Below the pieces are notes generated by a model that did no database searches, was not told where the DNA came from, and worked only from the letters and a program-made list of their open reading frames with translations. A stretch of 64,000 nt of DNA from an uncultured Chlorobium sp. GTDB taxonomy: Bacteria; Bacteroidota; Chlorobiia; Chlorobiales; Chlorobiaceae. This document shows, one piece after another, positions 62,936 to 64,000 of the stretch. Location: the NCBI GenBank assembly GCA_964451845.1, contig CAYVJF010000001.1:14616-78615 (forward strand), written 5' to 3'. The position numbers were made by a program, and so were the translations under genes. The first letter of the stretch is position 1. Each line of letters opens with the position of its first letter.

Positions 62936-64000
62936 TTACAAAAGCAGGTTGAAGACAAATCCGACGATGATGATGCCCGAGGCGACAATGCCCGCAAAAA
63001 CAGCGATCAGGCGGGGTTTGAGGACCTTGCGCAGGATGATCATTTCAGGAGCCGACAGCGCGATAACGCTCATCATGAACGCCATGACGGTACCGGTAGC
63101 AGCTCCTTTGCCGACGAGTGCTTCTGCGACCGGCAGCACGCCGACAATATTGGTATACATGGGCACCCCAAGAAGTACGGCGGCAGGAACCGACCACCAG
63201 GTTTGTTCACCCATAATCGAAGCCATGAATTCCTCCGGCACATACCCGTGAATAACTGCTCCTGCGCCGACGCCCAGCACAATAAATCGCCAGACCTTGC
63301 CGACGATCGAGCGGACTGACGCAAAGCCTTCTTTGATACGCTCGTTCCAGGATAACACAGGCTGTTTCCCTTCTGCGGGAGAAATGCCCTTCTGCAGGCT
63401 CTGTACCCACTCTTCGAGACTACTCTCCATATTCAGGTTTTCTATGACCAGTCCGGAAACCAGGGCTATCATGAAACCCATCAGGACATAGGTCAGGGCA
63501 ATCTGCCAGCCGAACATGCCAAAGAGCAGAAACAGGGCAACCCCGTCGACCATCGGCGCAGCAATAAGAAAAGAAAAGGTAACGCCGAGCGGCACGCCAG
63601 CCTGCAGGAACCCGATAAACAGCGGTACAGCCGAGCAGGAACAAAACGGTGTGACCATCCCGAGCAGTGCAGCCAGCGCATTGCCTGTCCCCGCTCTGCG
63701 TTTGGCAAGCAGTTCACGGGTTCGTTCCGGAGAAACAAACGTGTGCACCACGCCCATCACAAAGACGACAGCCGTCAGCAGGAGCAGCACTTTCGGGATT
63801 TCATAAAAGAAAAAATGCAGGCTTTCCCCTGAACGGCTCGATCTCGTGAGTCCGATCAGCCCGACAAGCAGGTCGGCAAGCTGTTCCAGATGAGTAAAGA
63901 GCACAATCCAGATAAACGCAGCGGTAGCCATGCCAGCCAGCAGTGCCCGGTTTTTTAGCTGCATGCTGTTGATGTTGTTCTTCGGGAACTCTGCACTCAT
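62936..64000 (-). CDS. ArsP/DUF318 family permease
   Basis: TPFCSCSAVP, GVPMY, GT.MAFMMSV.ALS.PE; multiple TM helices; start at 64000 or 63964. Confidence 0.85.
   Translation of the reverse strand: MSAEFPKNNINSMQLKNRALLAGMATAAFIWIVLFTHLEQLADLLVGLIGLTRSSRSGESLHFFFYEIPKVLLLLTAVVFVMGVVHTFVSPERTRELLAKRRAGTGNALAALLGMVTPFCSCSAVPLFIGFLQAGVPLGVTFSFLIAAPMVDGVALFLLFGMFGWQIALTYVLMGFMIALVSGLVIENLNMESSLEEWVQSLQKGISPAEGKQPVLSWNERIKEGFASVRSIVGKVWRFIVLGVGAGAVIHGYVPEEFMASIMGEQTWWSVPAAVLLGVPMYTNIVGVLPVAEALVGKGAATGTVMAFMMSVIALSAPEMIILRKVLKPRLIAVFAGIVASGIIIVGFVFNLLL

Overview
This 64 kb window is mostly core chromosome from a green sulfur bacterium (Chlorobiaceae). The assignment rests on the tmRNA tag ADDYSYAMAA, a type IV SqrD/SqrX-like SQR, BshC and ThyX. 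Housekeeping genes present are envC-like (partial), murA, purA, engB, cysS, manC, rsmG, cysE, bshC, surE, accD, thyX, clpP, valS, a sigma70 factor, lptF/G, uvrB, rel, gcvT, ftsK, asd, mfd, phoBR-like, mscS, bcp and yqgE. RNA genes are three tRNAs (Ile2-CAT, Glu-CTC, Arg-ACG) and ssrA. I found no CRISPR array, prophage or intact transposase. The most interesting signals lie outside the supplied ORF track: (1) a 38-aa small ORF between sqr and a strong terminator; (2) a decayed arsC fragment between an ArsP-family permease and sqr; (3) a dispersed ~145-bp MITE-like repeat family, including a copy that has precisely lost its inner palindrome-bounded 90-bp core, with remnants often right after stop codons; (4) an LpxQ (lipid A oxidase)-like beta-barrel and a catalytically degenerate class III cyclase in a small accessory block; (5) a decayed DUF3018/MazF-like toxin-antitoxin pair; (6) a small membrane-protein gene broken at an A8 tract; (7) a 12-nt motif shared upstream of cysE and sqr. 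All protein-family assignments come from motif recognition by eye; no database searches were run.
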